Assembly (NCBI GenBank): GCA_963820825.1
Contig: CAWGBN010000009.1
Span: 128,001-192,000, forward strand
Source: Vulcanimicrobiota bacterium
GTDB lineage: Bacteria > Vulcanimicrobiota > Vulcanimicrobiia > Vulcanimicrobiales > Vulcanimicrobiaceae
Direction of reading: 5' to 3'
DNA: 64,000 bases
Under the pieces are notes generated by a model that did no database searches, was not told the origin of the DNA, and was given only the letters and a program-made list of their open reading frames with translations. The translations under genes were made by a program, and so were the position numbers. Every line of letters begins with the position of its first letter. Positions within the stretch are counted from its first letter, which is position 1. Of the stretch, positions 48,887-60,038 are shown piece after piece.

Positions 48887-49556
48887 GTGATCACGAGTCG
48901 CGCCCTCAAGCCAATCGCCGTCTTTGTCGCCACGGTGGGCGTAGTGGCACTGGGCATGCACTTCTTCGCGCCGAGTTGGGCTGCCACGAGAGGTTCGCAT
49001 CGTCTCCTGTTACGACGCCGGCGTCGTTGCGATGATGATCTGGTATTGGCACACGATCGTGCGGACGAAAGCGGAGAGAGCCAAAACGTACGCGGCGTCG
49101 GAGGATCCCGGCCGCGACGCCGTCTTCGTACTCACGCTGATGGCCGTGGCCTTCGGGTTCATTGCCGCCTTCGCGATTCTCGGGCGCGGACCACCGGATA
49201 AAATCGGCGAGCACGTCGCCGTGATCGAAGCGGTCGGATTCGGTGCGGTGGCGCTCGGCTGGCTTTTGATTCACACGGTTTTTTCGTTCCATTACGCCCA
49301 CATGTACTACCGCGATAGCGATCGCGACAAAGAGAGCGACCGCGGGTTGGCCTTCCCCGGCGGTGCCGAACCCGACTTCATGGATCTCGCGTACTTTTCT
49401 TTCGTGATCGGGATGACGTTCCAGGTCTCCGACGTTCAGATCACGTCGAAAGGCATCCGCCGGCTCGTGCTCTGGCACGGACTGATCTCGTTTGCGTACA
49501 ACACGGCGATCCTCGCGCTCGTCGTCAACGTGGTTTCAGGCTTGTTGCATTCGTAA
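48887..49556 (+). CDS. DUF1345 membrane protein with +1 frameshift at ~48979
   Basis: HYAHMYY, FPGG.EP...D..YFSFVIGMTFQVSDV; removing one G in TGGG (48977-48980) joins the two frames. Confidence 0.8.
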
Positions 49557-52014
49557 TTGCGAGCGCGTCCTGCAGGGCGGTCGTTTTCGGCATGACCCTC
49601 CCAATCTCGAGCGATCGTTCCCACTCGTCGTAACCAATTACGCGCACGAGCGCGGCACGCGCGCGCTCGTACTCCGCCTGTTCGGCGCGTTCTCGGGGAA
49701 GGGCGCGTTCGCGTAACCTCGCGTCGACGTAGCCGAGCAGCCGGGCCGATCGCGACCGATTTTCAACGCCGTCTGCGGCCGGGCGGCTTAAAACAGCGAT
49801 CGCGGCCAGATGCTGCAGCGTCCAGTAGAGCACGACGTCGAGCTGCCGCTCGACGGAGAGCTCCAGCGCTTCGCGCGCGTAGCGCCGCGCTTCGGAGTAG
49901 CGATCCAAAGCCACGGCGTACGCGCAAGCGTTATGAAGCGCGCGCGTGACGTAGTGCAGATCGTTGAGCGCGCGCGCCCGGGCCAACGCATCTTCGGCGA
50001 GCGTCAAGGCGGTACCGGAATCACTCGCCGCCAACGCTAAGCTCGCGAGGTTGAGGGTGGCGCCGACGGCTGCGCCGTCGGCGCCGAGCGCCGCATAGAT
50101 TACCCGCGCCTCGTCGAGGTCGTCGCGCGCACCGGAGAAATTGCCGCCGATCGATCGCACGTATGCAAGCCCCTCTAGGATGAAGCCGACGAGCCTGCCG
50201 CTATCGAGGGCTCGCGCTTGGCTCAAGGCCGACTCCAAGTACGCTTGGCCCCGCCCGGCGTCCCCGAGGTATGCGTAGCCTCGCCCGACCATATTCTTCG
50301 CCCGCGCGATCCCGAGTGCATCGCCGAGTTGCTCGTACGCCGCGAGCGCCCGGCGGCTCGCATCCAGCACGACGGAGAACTCGCCGTAGACTTGGGCGAT
50401 GCAAGCTTCGGCATAATCGAGACCGGCACGAGCGTCGATCGGCGTCTCTTCGTCGATCGCCTGCTTCGCTGCGTAAATCCAGCGCCGCCCTTCCAGATTG
50501 GCGAAGTTGGTCCAAATCATGCGCAGCGCTGCAACGAGTCGAATGCCAAGAAGCACGTCGGCGCGAGCAACGATCGCCCAATCCAACGCGACGCGCCAAT
50601 TCTCAAGCTCGCGCCCGGCCCGGGCGAACCACTGCGCATCCGACGAGTATCCCCAGGAGCGATCGAGCTCTTCGCCGAGCGCGAGATATGCGAGGGCATG
50701 ACGGCGGGCGAAGGCTCCGCGTTCGCCCCGCGCATCGAGCTTCTCGCCGGCATATTCGCGAAAGGATTCCAAGAAACGGTAGCGCGTGCCGGTAGAGTCT
50801 CGATCGGCGACGACCAACGATTTGTCGACGAGCGAGGCGAAGAGATCGAGCGCCGAAACCGCAGCCGATTCGTCGTCGAAGCAAACCGTACTTGCCATCT
50901 CCATCGGGCAGCCGCCGGCGAAGACGGAGAGGCGATCGAAGAGACGGCGCTCTTCTTCGCTGAGCAGGTCGTAGCTCCAATCGATCGCTGCGCGCATCGT
51001 TTGTTGGCGCGGCAGCGCCGTGCGTCTTCCGCCGGCAAGAATCTTGAAGCGATCGTTCATACTCTCCGCGATCGCCGTAACGGAGAGTACGTTCGCTCGG
51101 GCGGCAGCGAGTTCGATCGCCAGCGGAATTCCGTCCAAGCGGCGGCAGATCTCCGCAACGAGCGGTGCGGTATCGTCGCGGAGCTCGAAGCGATGCTCGA
51201 CTGCGCGCGCGCGATCCGCAAAGAGCGTTACCGCGGCCGGCACGCCGAGTGACGGAAGCCGGTACGTTTGCTCGCCCGCGATTCGAAGCGGCTCGCGGCT
51301 CGTCGCGAGAACTCGCAAATGCGGGCAGGCTGCCAAGAGCGCGCCGGCGATCGCGGCGGCTTGCGCGACGACGTGCTCGCAGTTGTCGAATATCAATAAC
51401 GACCGCTTCTCCGAAAGGTAGGCTATCAGCGACGCGAGGAGCCGCTCATCGGAGAGCTCCTCGACGCCGATCGTCCGCCCGATCGTCTCCAGCAGCGAGG
51501 CGCTGCCCTCGACGGCAGCAAAGGCGATGAAACAGACGGCGCAACGATCGGTCTCGACGAGGACCTTACCGGCGTGGAGGGCCGTCTGCGTCTTACCGAT
51601 GCCTCCGGCACCCGTTAGCGTCACCAGGCGATGTTCGCCGATCAGCCGCACGACGTGAGCGAGGTCGAGGTCGCGCCCGATGAAGCTGGTCAAGACCGGC
51701 GGCAAATTCGAAAGCGGCACTTCGGTGCGCGGTGAGATCGCGCGCTGCCTACCGAGCCTCGGCGTGGGGCGTGAATCCGCGGCCGCCTGCCGGAACGCGC
51801 GCCGCTCGTCATCGCTCAGCGAAAGCGCTCGGGCCAGGAGTTCCAGCGTCTCTTGTTGCGGTGCTCGCCGGTAGCCGCGCTCCAGCGCGCTGACGCCGTT
51901 GGCGCTCATGCCCGCGCGTTTGGCAAGCGCCTCTTGCGAAAGCCCAGCCGCGACTCTAGACTTCCGCAGCAGCCTCCCAAAGACCGAACCCAACGGCTGT
52001 TCCTCGCCGTTCAT
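49525..52014 (-). CDS. XRE HTH + NB-ARC (STAND) + TPR regulator
   Basis: GLSQEALAKRAGMS...LERG, GAGGIGKT, IFDNCEH, LDGIPLAIELAA. Confidence 0.92.
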   Translation of the reverse strand: MNGEEQPLGSVFGRLLRKSRVAAGLSQEALAKRAGMSANGVSALERGYRRAPQQETLELLARALSLSDDERRAFRQAAADSRPTPRLGRQRAISPRTEVPLSNLPPVLTSFIGRDLDLAHVVRLIGEHRLVTLTGAGGIGKTQTALHAGKVLVETDRCAVCFIAFAAVEGSASLLETIGRTIGVEELSDERLLASLIAYLSEKRSLLIFDNCEHVVAQAAAIAGALLAACPHLRVLATSREPLRIAGEQTYRLPSLGVPAAVTLFADRARAVEHRFELRDDTAPLVAEICRRLDGIPLAIELAAARANVLSVTAIAESMNDRFKILAGGRRTALPRQQTMRAAIDWSYDLLSEEERRLFDRLSVFAGGCPMEMASTVCFDDESAAVSALDLFASLVDKSLVVADRDSTGTRYRFLESFREYAGEKLDARGERGAFARRHALAYLALGEELDRSWGYSSDAQWFARAGRELENWRVALDWAIVARADVLLGIRLVAALRMIWTNFANLEGRRWIYAAKQAIDEETPIDARAGLDYAEACIAQVYGEFSVVLDASRRALAAYEQLGDALGIARAKNMVGRGYAYLGDAGRGQAYLESALSQARALDSGRLVGFILEGLAYVRSIGGNFSGARDDLDEARVIYAALGADGAAVGATLNLASLALAASDSGTALTLAEDALARARALNDLHYVTRALHNACAYAVALDRYSEARRYAREALELSVERQLDVVLYWTLQHLAAIAVLSRPAADGVENRSRSARLLGYVDARLRERALPRERAEQAEYERARAALVRVIGYDEWERSLEIGRVMPKTTALQDALAITNATSLKPR

Positions 52015-52076
52015 TCCGCCTCTGCGTTCTCGTCGAGTTGCGCGGCACCCGCATCCGCGCCGGCTGCGCCACCCCG

Positions 52077-52997
52077 CTACTTCGCGACGCTAACCGTGGC
52101 ACCGAACGGCGTGTAGAATCCTTTGAGCGTCTTGAACGGCGCACCACCCGCCGGGTAGTGCCAGAATCCGACCGTGCCCGGGCTCTCTTCGTTCGGTCCG
52201 ACGAGCGTCGAGCCCGCGATCCAGAACTGCTCGACGTCCGGACCATTCTTCAGCTTCACCGTATGCGCGACGCGGCCGCTCTCGCCCGATCGATAGATCA
52301 CGCCGGCACCACGGTTTGCAATCGCGACGTAGCTTCCATCCCACATCGTGCCGCCGGGATTCTGGAACTTTTCGCCGAGCTTGAACGTCTCCAAGTTCTT
52401 GCCGCCCTTTGGAAGCTCGACGAGAATAACGTTGCCCAAGCGATCCCACGCGTCGGCGAGGAGATTGCCCTTGCCGTCGTAGCCGCAGAACCACGTCGCA
52501 TCGACGTTCGTATCGCGAACGATCGTCGGCTTCCCCTTCGCTTTGGGATAGATCGCGAGCGCGCCATCGGAGTAGGCCGAGAGCTGCGTGAGTGCGAGAT
52601 TTCCGGTTACCGCGTCGACCGAACAACCGTATGGAGCGCCGGACGTGGCGATCTTGCGGATCGGCGTCGATCCGCCGTGTGTGTAGACGTCGACCGGCCC
52701 GGCCTCGTCGACCACGAAGACGTCGCCGGCCGTATCGGCGCATAGCCCGGCCACCGAACCGAATCCCGTCAACTCTCCAACGGGGGCTCCCTGCGGATAG
52801 GTGAAGACGTCGACGGAGTTTGCGCCGAGGTCCGATATATAGAGCAGATCTCGTGCCTTCGCGCGCGGTCCGCTTTGGAGGCCTTCTCCGGTCGCGCCGA
52901 GCGGCGAGGCTGGGAAGGCCGAGAGCGCTGCGCCGCAGCCGGCAAGCAGCATTGCCCAAATGCAAAGCACGACGCGGCCAATAGTCCAGGTCGTCAT
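52077..52997 (-). CDS. Beta-propeller lipoprotein
   Basis: LLAGC lipobox; LLYISD...VFTYPQG, GLCAD..GDVFV, GCSVD..TGNLA, CGYD..GNL repeats. Confidence 0.8.
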   Translation of the reverse strand: MTTWTIGRVVLCIWAMLLAGCGAALSAFPASPLGATGEGLQSGPRAKARDLLYISDLGANSVDVFTYPQGAPVGELTGFGSVAGLCADTAGDVFVVDEAGPVDVYTHGGSTPIRKIATSGAPYGCSVDAVTGNLALTQLSAYSDGALAIYPKAKGKPTIVRDTNVDATWFCGYDGKGNLLADAWDRLGNVILVELPKGGKNLETFKLGEKFQNPGGTMWDGSYVAIANRGAGVIYRSGESGRVAHTVKLKNGPDVEQFWIAGSTLVGPNEESPGTVGFWHYPAGGAPFKTLKGFYTPFGATVSVAK

Positions 52998-53050
52998 ACT
53001 CCGTATATTACCACGTCTGCCCGAGGCTGGGCAAAGTCCCCGTAAGAGTA

Positions 53051-53728
53051 ATGGGACTCACGGCGCAGAACCCGCACTCCATGACGACCGAGCGTATCGC
53101 TCCGCGTTTAGGAATGCTCTCGATCGTGATCGCGATCATCGCGCTCATTGCGGTGCTGCCGGAACGGTACCATCTCGTGCCCGATTGGGTCGGATATTCG
53201 ATCGCGACGCTCATGATCGTACCGAGCATCTTCGTATCGCTGACGCACGGGAGCGCCCTTTGGCGACGCATCGAGCGGCTCGTCGACGTCGGCGTCGTCG
53301 GGATGGCGTTTCTGCTAAACTCGCTCAACCTGCTCATCGCCGCCTACAACCTCGTCGAAAACCCGGACAGACTCGCGCCGGTGCCGCTATTCTACACGTC
53401 CATCGGCGTCTGGTCGGGAAACGTTCTCATCTTCACGCTGATCTATTGGCTCGTCGACGGCGGCGGCGCCGATGCCCGGCAGAGCCGTTCCGCGGCCTAT
53501 CCCGATTTCGACTTTCCGGCAATGGACGATAGCGCGCACGTCCCTCCCGACTGGCGGCCGGGCATGATCGACTATCTCTTCTTAGCCTTCACCACCTCGA
53601 CCGCGTTCAGCCCCACCGAAGCGATGCCGTTGACGCCGCGCGCGAAGCTACTCGTCATCCTCCAGAGTAGCGTCTCGCTGGTGACGATCGCGATCGTCGC
53701 CGCGCGGACGATCAACATCCTGAAATAA
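53051..53728 (+). CDS. DUF1345-like membrane protein
   Basis: Multiple TM; PDFDFP, WRPGMIDYLFLAFTTSTAFSPTEAMPLT. Confidence 0.85.
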   Translation: MGLTAQNPHSMTTERIAPRLGMLSIVIAIIALIAVLPERYHLVPDWVGYSIATLMIVPSIFVSLTHGSALWRRIERLVDVGVVGMAFLLNSLNLLIAAYNLVENPDRLAPVPLFYTSIGVWSGNVLIFTLIYWLVDGGGADARQSRSAAYPDFDFPAMDDSAHVPPDWRPGMIDYLFLAFTTSTAFSPTEAMPLTPRAKLLVILQSSVSLVTIAIVAARTINILK

Positions 53729-53869
53729 GTTCGCCAATCGCCGAACGCGCCGCCGCTATCTGCTCGGCGGCTGCGACGTCGCGGCGGGTTGCGGTGGCTT
53801 ACCGATCGGAATCGAGTCGAGCGTAACCGTGTCGAGCCGATATTGACCTTCGCCGACGTATTGGTTCGG

Positions 53870-54232
53870 CCGAGTTGATCGATCTGCCCATGAACGCTGA
53901 CGAACGTGCCGTTCCGAGTTGAAAGCGCGAGCATTACGCTCCTCGCGGGAAGTTTTGCAGACGAACCCGACAACGGCTGCGCGGCATCCGTGTAGTTCAG
54001 ATAGATCGTGCCGGTCTTGAGGTCGAGCGCGTTGCTCCGCCCGCTTTGCACGAGCACTGCGGCCGTGGGATAGCAGACGATGATTTGGGCCTGATACGAG
54101 CACGCGGCGCGTGTTACTACGATCGTCCCGTCTCCGTCCTCAGACGTCAGGAAAAGCGACCCAGAGAAGACGCGAATATCCACGTCGCTATAGGTATTGA
54201 CTCCGCGGTGCGATGGTGGATATTCAACGTTC
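53870..54232 (-). pseudogene. Remnant of a hypothetical protein without clean start or stop
   Basis: Protein-like core NTYSDVDIRV...DGDGTIVVTRAACSY...GTIYLNYTD...VSVHGQIDQ, flanked by non-protein-like read-through. Confidence 0.45.
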
Positions 54233-54368
54233 CCCTGGCGCTCGCGACGAAGGGGACTAGGGCGCAAGCCAACAAGAGAGCCACCACGGCGATCTTTTGA
54301 GCGTGTATCATGGTTCGGTGTCCTCCCGATAAAGGGCACTCGTAAGGATGCTATAATGATTCGCTCGC

Positions 54369-55232
54369 GTGAGTATCCAGGGAAGAACTCGTTACGCTCC
54401 CTTCACAAGTACGATTTCGGGCGGTCTCCTCGTCGTGCTCACCGCTCTAACGACGAGTCACGCCGTCGCCGGCTGCCTCCCCCATACGGGCGCGACGCCG
54501 TCGTCCTCAGCGCCCGCGGAGGAGCCGCCGCTCTACTCGATGACCGATGACGTATTCACTCTCGACCGCGACGCCACGCTCTATTATTTCTTTCGTGGAA
54601 ATCTGGACGGCAGCGCAAAGGCGAAATATGAGATCCGCTACGATCGGAATCTCTGGAATACGTGCGCGCAGCTTCAAATCCGGCTTCCATACGTAACGAG
54701 GTATCCGGTCGCGCCCGATCCGCACTCGCCGGGCGCCAATCCCTATTCCGGCTTCGGCAACGCGGAGCTCCGATATTCGTATAGCGTCGTCTCGACGAGG
54801 TTCGACCACTCGCTGGAGGCGGCAGCAGCCTTCCCTACCGAGTCGAACGGCGTCGAGAGTGACGATACGAGGTTGAAGTTCTTCTACGCAACCAAATGGC
54901 GCTGGAACGGCGGCTCCGTCTCCTACATCAACGAGTACGATCAGACGATCGTCAGGCCGCCGGGCGCGAGATACACAAGCTTTTATGAAGGGAAGCTCGC
55001 GCTTCCCGATTATGCGTTCGCCGATTCGCCGGCCTGGCGCGGGATCAAGATATCGGCACTTTATGACTATCGTCTGCTGTTCAGCAACGGCGGCGCCTAC
55101 CGGTCGGCGATCGGGGCGTTCATCTACGGCAGGATCGGCGATGTCGCGCTCAACATCGTGGACTCTTTTGGCATCGGCCCGAACGGTCTTTGGAAGTATA
55201 AGGTCGAGGCTAGTGCGGTCGCTCGATTCTAA
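54369..55232 (+). CDS. Putative outer-membrane beta-barrel protein
   Basis: Signal peptide, aromatic-rich alternating strands, GFGNAELRY, C-terminal Phe. Confidence 0.6.
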   Translation: MSIQGRTRYAPFTSTISGGLLVVLTALTTSHAVAGCLPHTGATPSSSAPAEEPPLYSMTDDVFTLDRDATLYYFFRGNLDGSAKAKYEIRYDRNLWNTCAQLQIRLPYVTRYPVAPDPHSPGANPYSGFGNAELRYSYSVVSTRFDHSLEAAAAFPTESNGVESDDTRLKFFYATKWRWNGGSVSYINEYDQTIVRPPGARYTSFYEGKLALPDYAFADSPAWRGIKISALYDYRLLFSNGGAYRSAIGAFIYGRIGDVALNIVDSFGIGPNGLWKYKVEASAVARF

Positions 55233-55330
55233 AGATCGCCGCCTTCTCAACTTCTTCCCGAGTTCTGAACAAACGACGCTCATTGGGGTGGTACGTTGAT
55301 TTTCCAACAGAAAGGGAGAGCAGTATATCT

Positions 55331-56008
55331 ATGAATCGTTTTGCTTTATCGCTACTCGGATGCTTAGCGCTCGCGGCAACCACGTTTACCACGGCCATCG
55401 CGAGTCCACCGAACCTTACCGGCACCTGGACCGTCGAGCAGAATGGCCTCAACGGAGGCACCACGACCAAGGTCACGCTCAAACAGTCCGGAAACGGCCT
55501 GGTCGGCAGCGGCTCGACCGGCAACGGCTTCACCGGCGAGTTCGTGACCGACGCGCAGATCAACGGTAAGTGGCATGGACCGGGAGGCGCCGGCTGGTTG
55601 ACGATTTACGTCAGCCCGAACGGCCACAGCTTCAACGGCACCTGGGGCTACAACGGCCGGGCCGCAAACGGATCGTTTGTCGGCAATAAGATCCTACCGC
55701 CCTCGCCGATTACCGCGAAGGGTACGTGGAACGTGACCGGTGCCGGCGGACCGACGATGTTTGTCGGCGAGATGAAATGCACCGAATCCGGCCCATCCGT
55801 TGTCTGCATGAGCGGCCCCGTCAAGATCCAAGGCAAATTCCGGACGACCGACAAGGTCCGCGCCACGTGGAGCGGCGGCGGAAAATCAGGCTGGTTCTCG
55901 TTCTGGTTTAACGGCGACAACAATAGCTTCAACGGCATTTGGGGCAAAGGCGCCGACACCACGCCGCCGGTGGGGCGCGTCGTCGGTCAGCGCTCTCTCG
56001 GGGGCTAA
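55331..56008 (+). CDS. Secreted protein with duplicated Trp/Gly-rich beta domain
   Basis: Signal peptide; two repeats GTW.V...W...G..GW.......SFNG.WG. Confidence 0.75.
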   Translation: MNRFALSLLGCLALAATTFTTAIASPPNLTGTWTVEQNGLNGGTTTKVTLKQSGNGLVGSGSTGNGFTGEFVTDAQINGKWHGPGGAGWLTIYVSPNGHSFNGTWGYNGRAANGSFVGNKILPPSPITAKGTWNVTGAGGPTMFVGEMKCTESGPSVVCMSGPVKIQGKFRTTDKVRATWSGGGKSGWFSFWFNGDNNSFNGIWGKGADTTPPVGRVVGQRSLGG

Positions 56009-56009
56009 C

Positions 56010-57412
56010 TTGACCTCGCATACCAACCCCGGATCATCGATCGGCTCGGGCGGGCAAAGCTCGCCCGAGTCGCACCCTTCCCCGCGCGACCTCGGCGCCG
56101 CCGGCAAGGATCTTCGCAAGCGCGTGCCGCGCGCTTCACATGCGGAGCTCAAGCTTCCAACGAAACGCGATCCTCTCGGCATCCTGCGAAAGGCCGATGG
56201 CGATCGGCTCCCCGAACTCGTCCCGATCCGTACGGCCGAATGATCGCCTCTCCATTCACCTTTTACCGGGGAGCGGCCGCGGTGATGGCCGCCGATCTCG
56301 CTCACACGCCGGCAACCGGCGTGGAAGTTCAGGCGTGCGGCGATTGCCATCTTAAAAACTTCGGCGGCTTCGCAACGCCGGAGCGCAACATCGTCTTCGA
56401 CATCAACGACTTCGACGAAACGCTGCCCGCGCCGTGGGAGTGGGACGTCAAACGCCTCGCGGCATCCTTCGTGCTTGCCGTTCGCGAGAACGGCCTGTCA
56501 AAGCGCGTCGCGCGCGAGGTCACCCTCACCTGCGCGAGCACGTATCGGCGGACGATTCCCGAGTTCGCCGATTTCGATCCGTTGGCCGTCTGGTACGCAA
56601 AACTCACATCCGAGGATCTTCTCGACTTGGTACCCGTCGGCGATCGAGCGCGAATCGAGCGACGCGTCACAAAGGCGGGGGCTCAGCGAGGGGCCGACGT
56701 CGACTACCCCAAGCTCGCCGAAGTCGTTCACGGCGAGATTCGTATCCACGATAGCCCTCCGTTGATCTTTCATCCGGAGATCGCGCGAACGCCGGAGTTC
56801 GCGCTGCAGGTCGAGGCGATCTTGCAGGAGTACCGCGAGAGCCTTCCGCACGATCGCCGCGTTCTAGTCGACCGTTATACCTTCGTCGATGCCGCGATCA
56901 AAGTCGTCGGCATCGGCAGCGTGGGAACGCGCTGCTGGATCGCCCTGCTCATGTCGCCGGCGAACGAGCCGCTCTTCTTGCAGTTCAAACAGGCCCACGC
57001 ATCGGTTCTGGAGCCCTATACGGCAAAGAGCGCCTACCCGCACCACGGCCAGCGCGTCGTCGTCGGACAGCGGCTGATGAAAGCGGCGTCGGATATTTTT
57101 CTCGGATGGACGACCGGACCGAACGGGGAATTCTACGTCCGTCAGCTGCGTGACGCAAAAATCGCCCCAAACGTCGAGACCTTCGACGAGGGTTTGTTTG
57201 AAGCGTACGCGCGCGCCTGCGGCTGGAATCTCGCGCGCGCCCATGCCAAGTCCGGAAATGCGCGAATCCTGAGCGGCTATCTCGGAAAGAGCGACGAATT
57301 CGACGAAGCGATCGCCGACTTTGCGAGCGCCTATGCCGATCTCGCCGAGCGCGACCACGCCGCTCTCAAATCCGCGGTGAAAGCCGGCAAGATCGAGGTC
57401 TACACTGAATAA
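56010..57412 (+). CDS. DUF2252 family protein with -1 frameshift at ~56230
   Basis: GKDLRKRVPRASH...LVPIR then (YGR)MIASPFTFYRGAA; CGDCHLKNFG, FDINDFDE, KVVGIGSVG. Confidence 0.85.
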
Positions 57413-57415
57413 GAG

Positions 57416-58615
57416 TTGCACGTGATAGAACGACGGAGTTTCTTACTGTCGCTTGGGGCGACTGCTTTGGCACCGGCGTTGCTCGGCTCATCTGGCGGCG
57501 ACACGGCGTACGAGGCGCTGGACCGCGCGCTGGTGCTCAGCGGCGGCGGTGCGCGCGGCGCGTACGAAGCGGGAGTCGTCGGAGCGCTCGCGGCGATCGG
57601 CGGCGTAAGCGACGGTTCGCCGCTTGCGCCCTACGAAATCGTCTGCGGAACCTCGATCGGGGCACTCAATGGTTGGGCCGTCGCGACGGGCCAATACACA
57701 AAGCTGCGCAAACTCTGGTACGGCGTCAGCGGCCAGGATATCATCCGTCCGAAGCCCCAGTACGCCGCTTTGCGCGATCCTGAGAGTGGGCTGTTCAACC
57801 GCATCGCCTCGGTCGTAACCTTGACCGGTCTTGCAAGAAATCAGCGTGCACTTTTGCAGAGCGAACCGGTCATGGATTGGATCTCTCGCAACATCGACGT
57901 TACGATCCCGCTGCTGATGCCCTTGGTGTGGGCCGTCACGAATCTCACGTTGCAGCGTCCGGAATACTTCTTCATACGACCGAATCGAGACCAAAACGTA
58001 CCTGAAGAAGTAACCCAAGCACTCCGCGTCGCTTTGGGCCCACACACCGTCGTCCGAGAGGCGACGCCCGATCTCTTGCACCGCGCGATCTTTGCCTCGG
58101 CCGCTCTTCCGCTCGTCTTCGATCCCGTTCCGATTCCGAATCCCGACGGTACGGTCAACGAGTATTGCGACGGTGGGGTCGCGAGCAACTCGCCGGTCGG
58201 AATCGCTCATGCGTTTTCCAAGAGAGCCGACGTCGTTTTGTTGGACCCGCCGTTCGAACCGGACACTAACTACGCGGACGCCGTAGAGGTCGCCTTCGGC
58301 GTATTCGGCACGATGCAGCGAAAGATCATGGAGAGCGAGATGCGCAACGCCTACTTTCAATCGGTCGGCAAGCGCGCGTTCACGCGCCTCACGCCTGGAG
58401 ACTCTGCAAAAGCGACGCAAGCCAATCCCGGCCTCGCGAAGGTTATGCTGGCAATCTCCGCAACCGACCTCAGATATATCAGACCCGCAAAGGAGCTCCC
58501 GGTGAGCGTTGCGGGATTTAACGATGAAGTCGGCATTGGAAAGGCCTACCGGCTTGGCTGGGAGGATATGGGCGCGGGCTTCACGCCATACGATTGGGAG
58601 ACGTTCGAGCTGTAG
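57416..58615 (+). CDS. Tat-exported patatin-like phospholipase
   Basis: RRSFLL; GGGARG, GTSIG, DGG. Confidence 0.92.
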   Translation: MHVIERRSFLLSLGATALAPALLGSSGGDTAYEALDRALVLSGGGARGAYEAGVVGALAAIGGVSDGSPLAPYEIVCGTSIGALNGWAVATGQYTKLRKLWYGVSGQDIIRPKPQYAALRDPESGLFNRIASVVTLTGLARNQRALLQSEPVMDWISRNIDVTIPLLMPLVWAVTNLTLQRPEYFFIRPNRDQNVPEEVTQALRVALGPHTVVREATPDLLHRAIFASAALPLVFDPVPIPNPDGTVNEYCDGGVASNSPVGIAHAFSKRADVVLLDPPFEPDTNYADAVEVAFGVFGTMQRKIMESEMRNAYFQSVGKRAFTRLTPGDSAKATQANPGLAKVMLAISATDLRYIRPAKELPVSVAGFNDEVGIGKAYRLGWEDMGAGFTPYDWETFEL

Positions 58616-60038
58616 GAAGGCGCGTCGCGGCCGCCTCGCGTTTGAGCGCGTGCCAAGCGTGTTCGACGTCGCTGCGCTGCGTGCGCAGGTTGCCGATCGC
58701 GAGTCGGATCGCATACCGGCCCTCGATCTTCGTATGTGAGATGAAGACGTCGCCCGATGCGTTGACCGCATCGACGATCGCGGCGTTGAGCGCGTCGAGC
58801 GCGGCTTCGTCGAGAGCGGGCGGGACGTAGCGAAAGCAGACGACCGATAGCGGATGCGGAGCGAGAATCTCCCAGTGCGTTTCCGCGTGCAGCCATTGCG
58901 CAAACTCTTGGGCGAGCGCGATATGCGCGCGCAGACGCTCCCGAATGCCTTGGGCGCCGAGATGGCGCAGAACGAACCAGAGCTTGAGCGCGCGAAAGCG
59001 CCGCCCGAGCTGTAAGCCGTACTCCATGTAGTTGACGGCATCGGTCTCGGACGTCGAGAGCACGAACTCCGGCACGATGCTGAAGGCGCGCCGGACGACC
59101 GATTCGTCCTTTAAGAAGAGCACGGAGAGATCCATCGGCACGAACATCCACTTGTGCGGATTGACGACGAGCGAATCCGCGAGATTAACCCCGTCGAAGA
59201 GATGCTCGAACTCGGGGATCATCGCGGCGATACCCGCGTAGGCTGCGTCGACGTGGAGCCAAACGCCATGCTCGCGCGCGATCGCGGCGATCTCGCGGAT
59301 GGGGTCGATCGACGTCGTCGACGTCGTACCGACCGTCGCGACGATCGCCATCGGCATCATCCCGGCTCTCCGATCGGCCTCGATTGCCTCGCGCAACGCG
59401 TCGGGGCGCATGCGAAAGGTGTCGTCGCATGGGACGCGCACCACGTTGCATCGGCCGATGCCCAGGGCAATCGCCGCCTTTTCGACGTGCGAATGCGTCT
59501 CTTGCGTGATGTAGACGCGCAGCGGCGGCAGCGAGCGTCCGGTCATGCCCTCTTCCCGGATCGACAGCGGCAGCGTTTCGCGCGCCGCCGCCAGAGCGGT
59601 GAAGCCGGCGATCGAGGCGGTGTCGTAGATAATGCCGGTCCATTCGTGCGGCAGCCCGAGCAGGCGCCCGAGCCAGCGCATCGTCACTTCCTCGAGCTCG
59701 GTGGCCGCCGGCGACGTGCGCCAGAGCATCGCCTTGACGTCGAGCGTCGCGGCCAAGGCTTCGGCCGCAATCGCCGCGGGCGCCGCGCTCGTCGCAAAGT
59801 AGGCGAAGAACCGCGGATGGTTCCAGTGCGTCGTCGCGGGAACGACGATTCGTTCGAAGTCGTCGAAAATAGCCGCGAACGGTTCGCCCGCCTCGGGCGG
59901 CTCGGCCGGCAGCGCCGCGACGACCTCGCCCGGATGCACCCGCGGCATCACGCGATAGGCCTCCGGATGATCGAAGTACCGCTCGATCCACGCGCCGGTG
60001 CGCTCGAAAACCTCGCGCAGCGAGTCCGTCTTCTCCAT
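58581..60038 (-). CDS. PLP-dependent aromatic-L-amino-acid decarboxylase family
   Basis: THWNHPRFFAYF, SPAATELE, HVDAAYAG, NPHKW, LGRRFRALKLW. Confidence 0.93.
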   Translation of the reverse strand: MEKTDSLREVFERTGAWIERYFDHPEAYRVMPRVHPGEVVAALPAEPPEAGEPFAAIFDDFERIVVPATTHWNHPRFFAYFATSAAPAAIAAEALAATLDVKAMLWRTSPAATELEEVTMRWLGRLLGLPHEWTGIIYDTASIAGFTALAAARETLPLSIREEGMTGRSLPPLRVYITQETHSHVEKAAIALGIGRCNVVRVPCDDTFRMRPDALREAIEADRRAGMMPMAIVATVGTTSTTSIDPIREIAAIAREHGVWLHVDAAYAGIAAMIPEFEHLFDGVNLADSLVVNPHKWMFVPMDLSVLFLKDESVVRRAFSIVPEFVLSTSETDAVNYMEYGLQLGRRFRALKLWFVLRHLGAQGIRERLRAHIALAQEFAQWLHAETHWEILAPHPLSVVCFRYVPPALDEAALDALNAAIVDAVNASGDVFISHTKIEGRYAIRLAIGNLRTQRSDVEHAWHALKREAAATRLPTARTSPNRMA

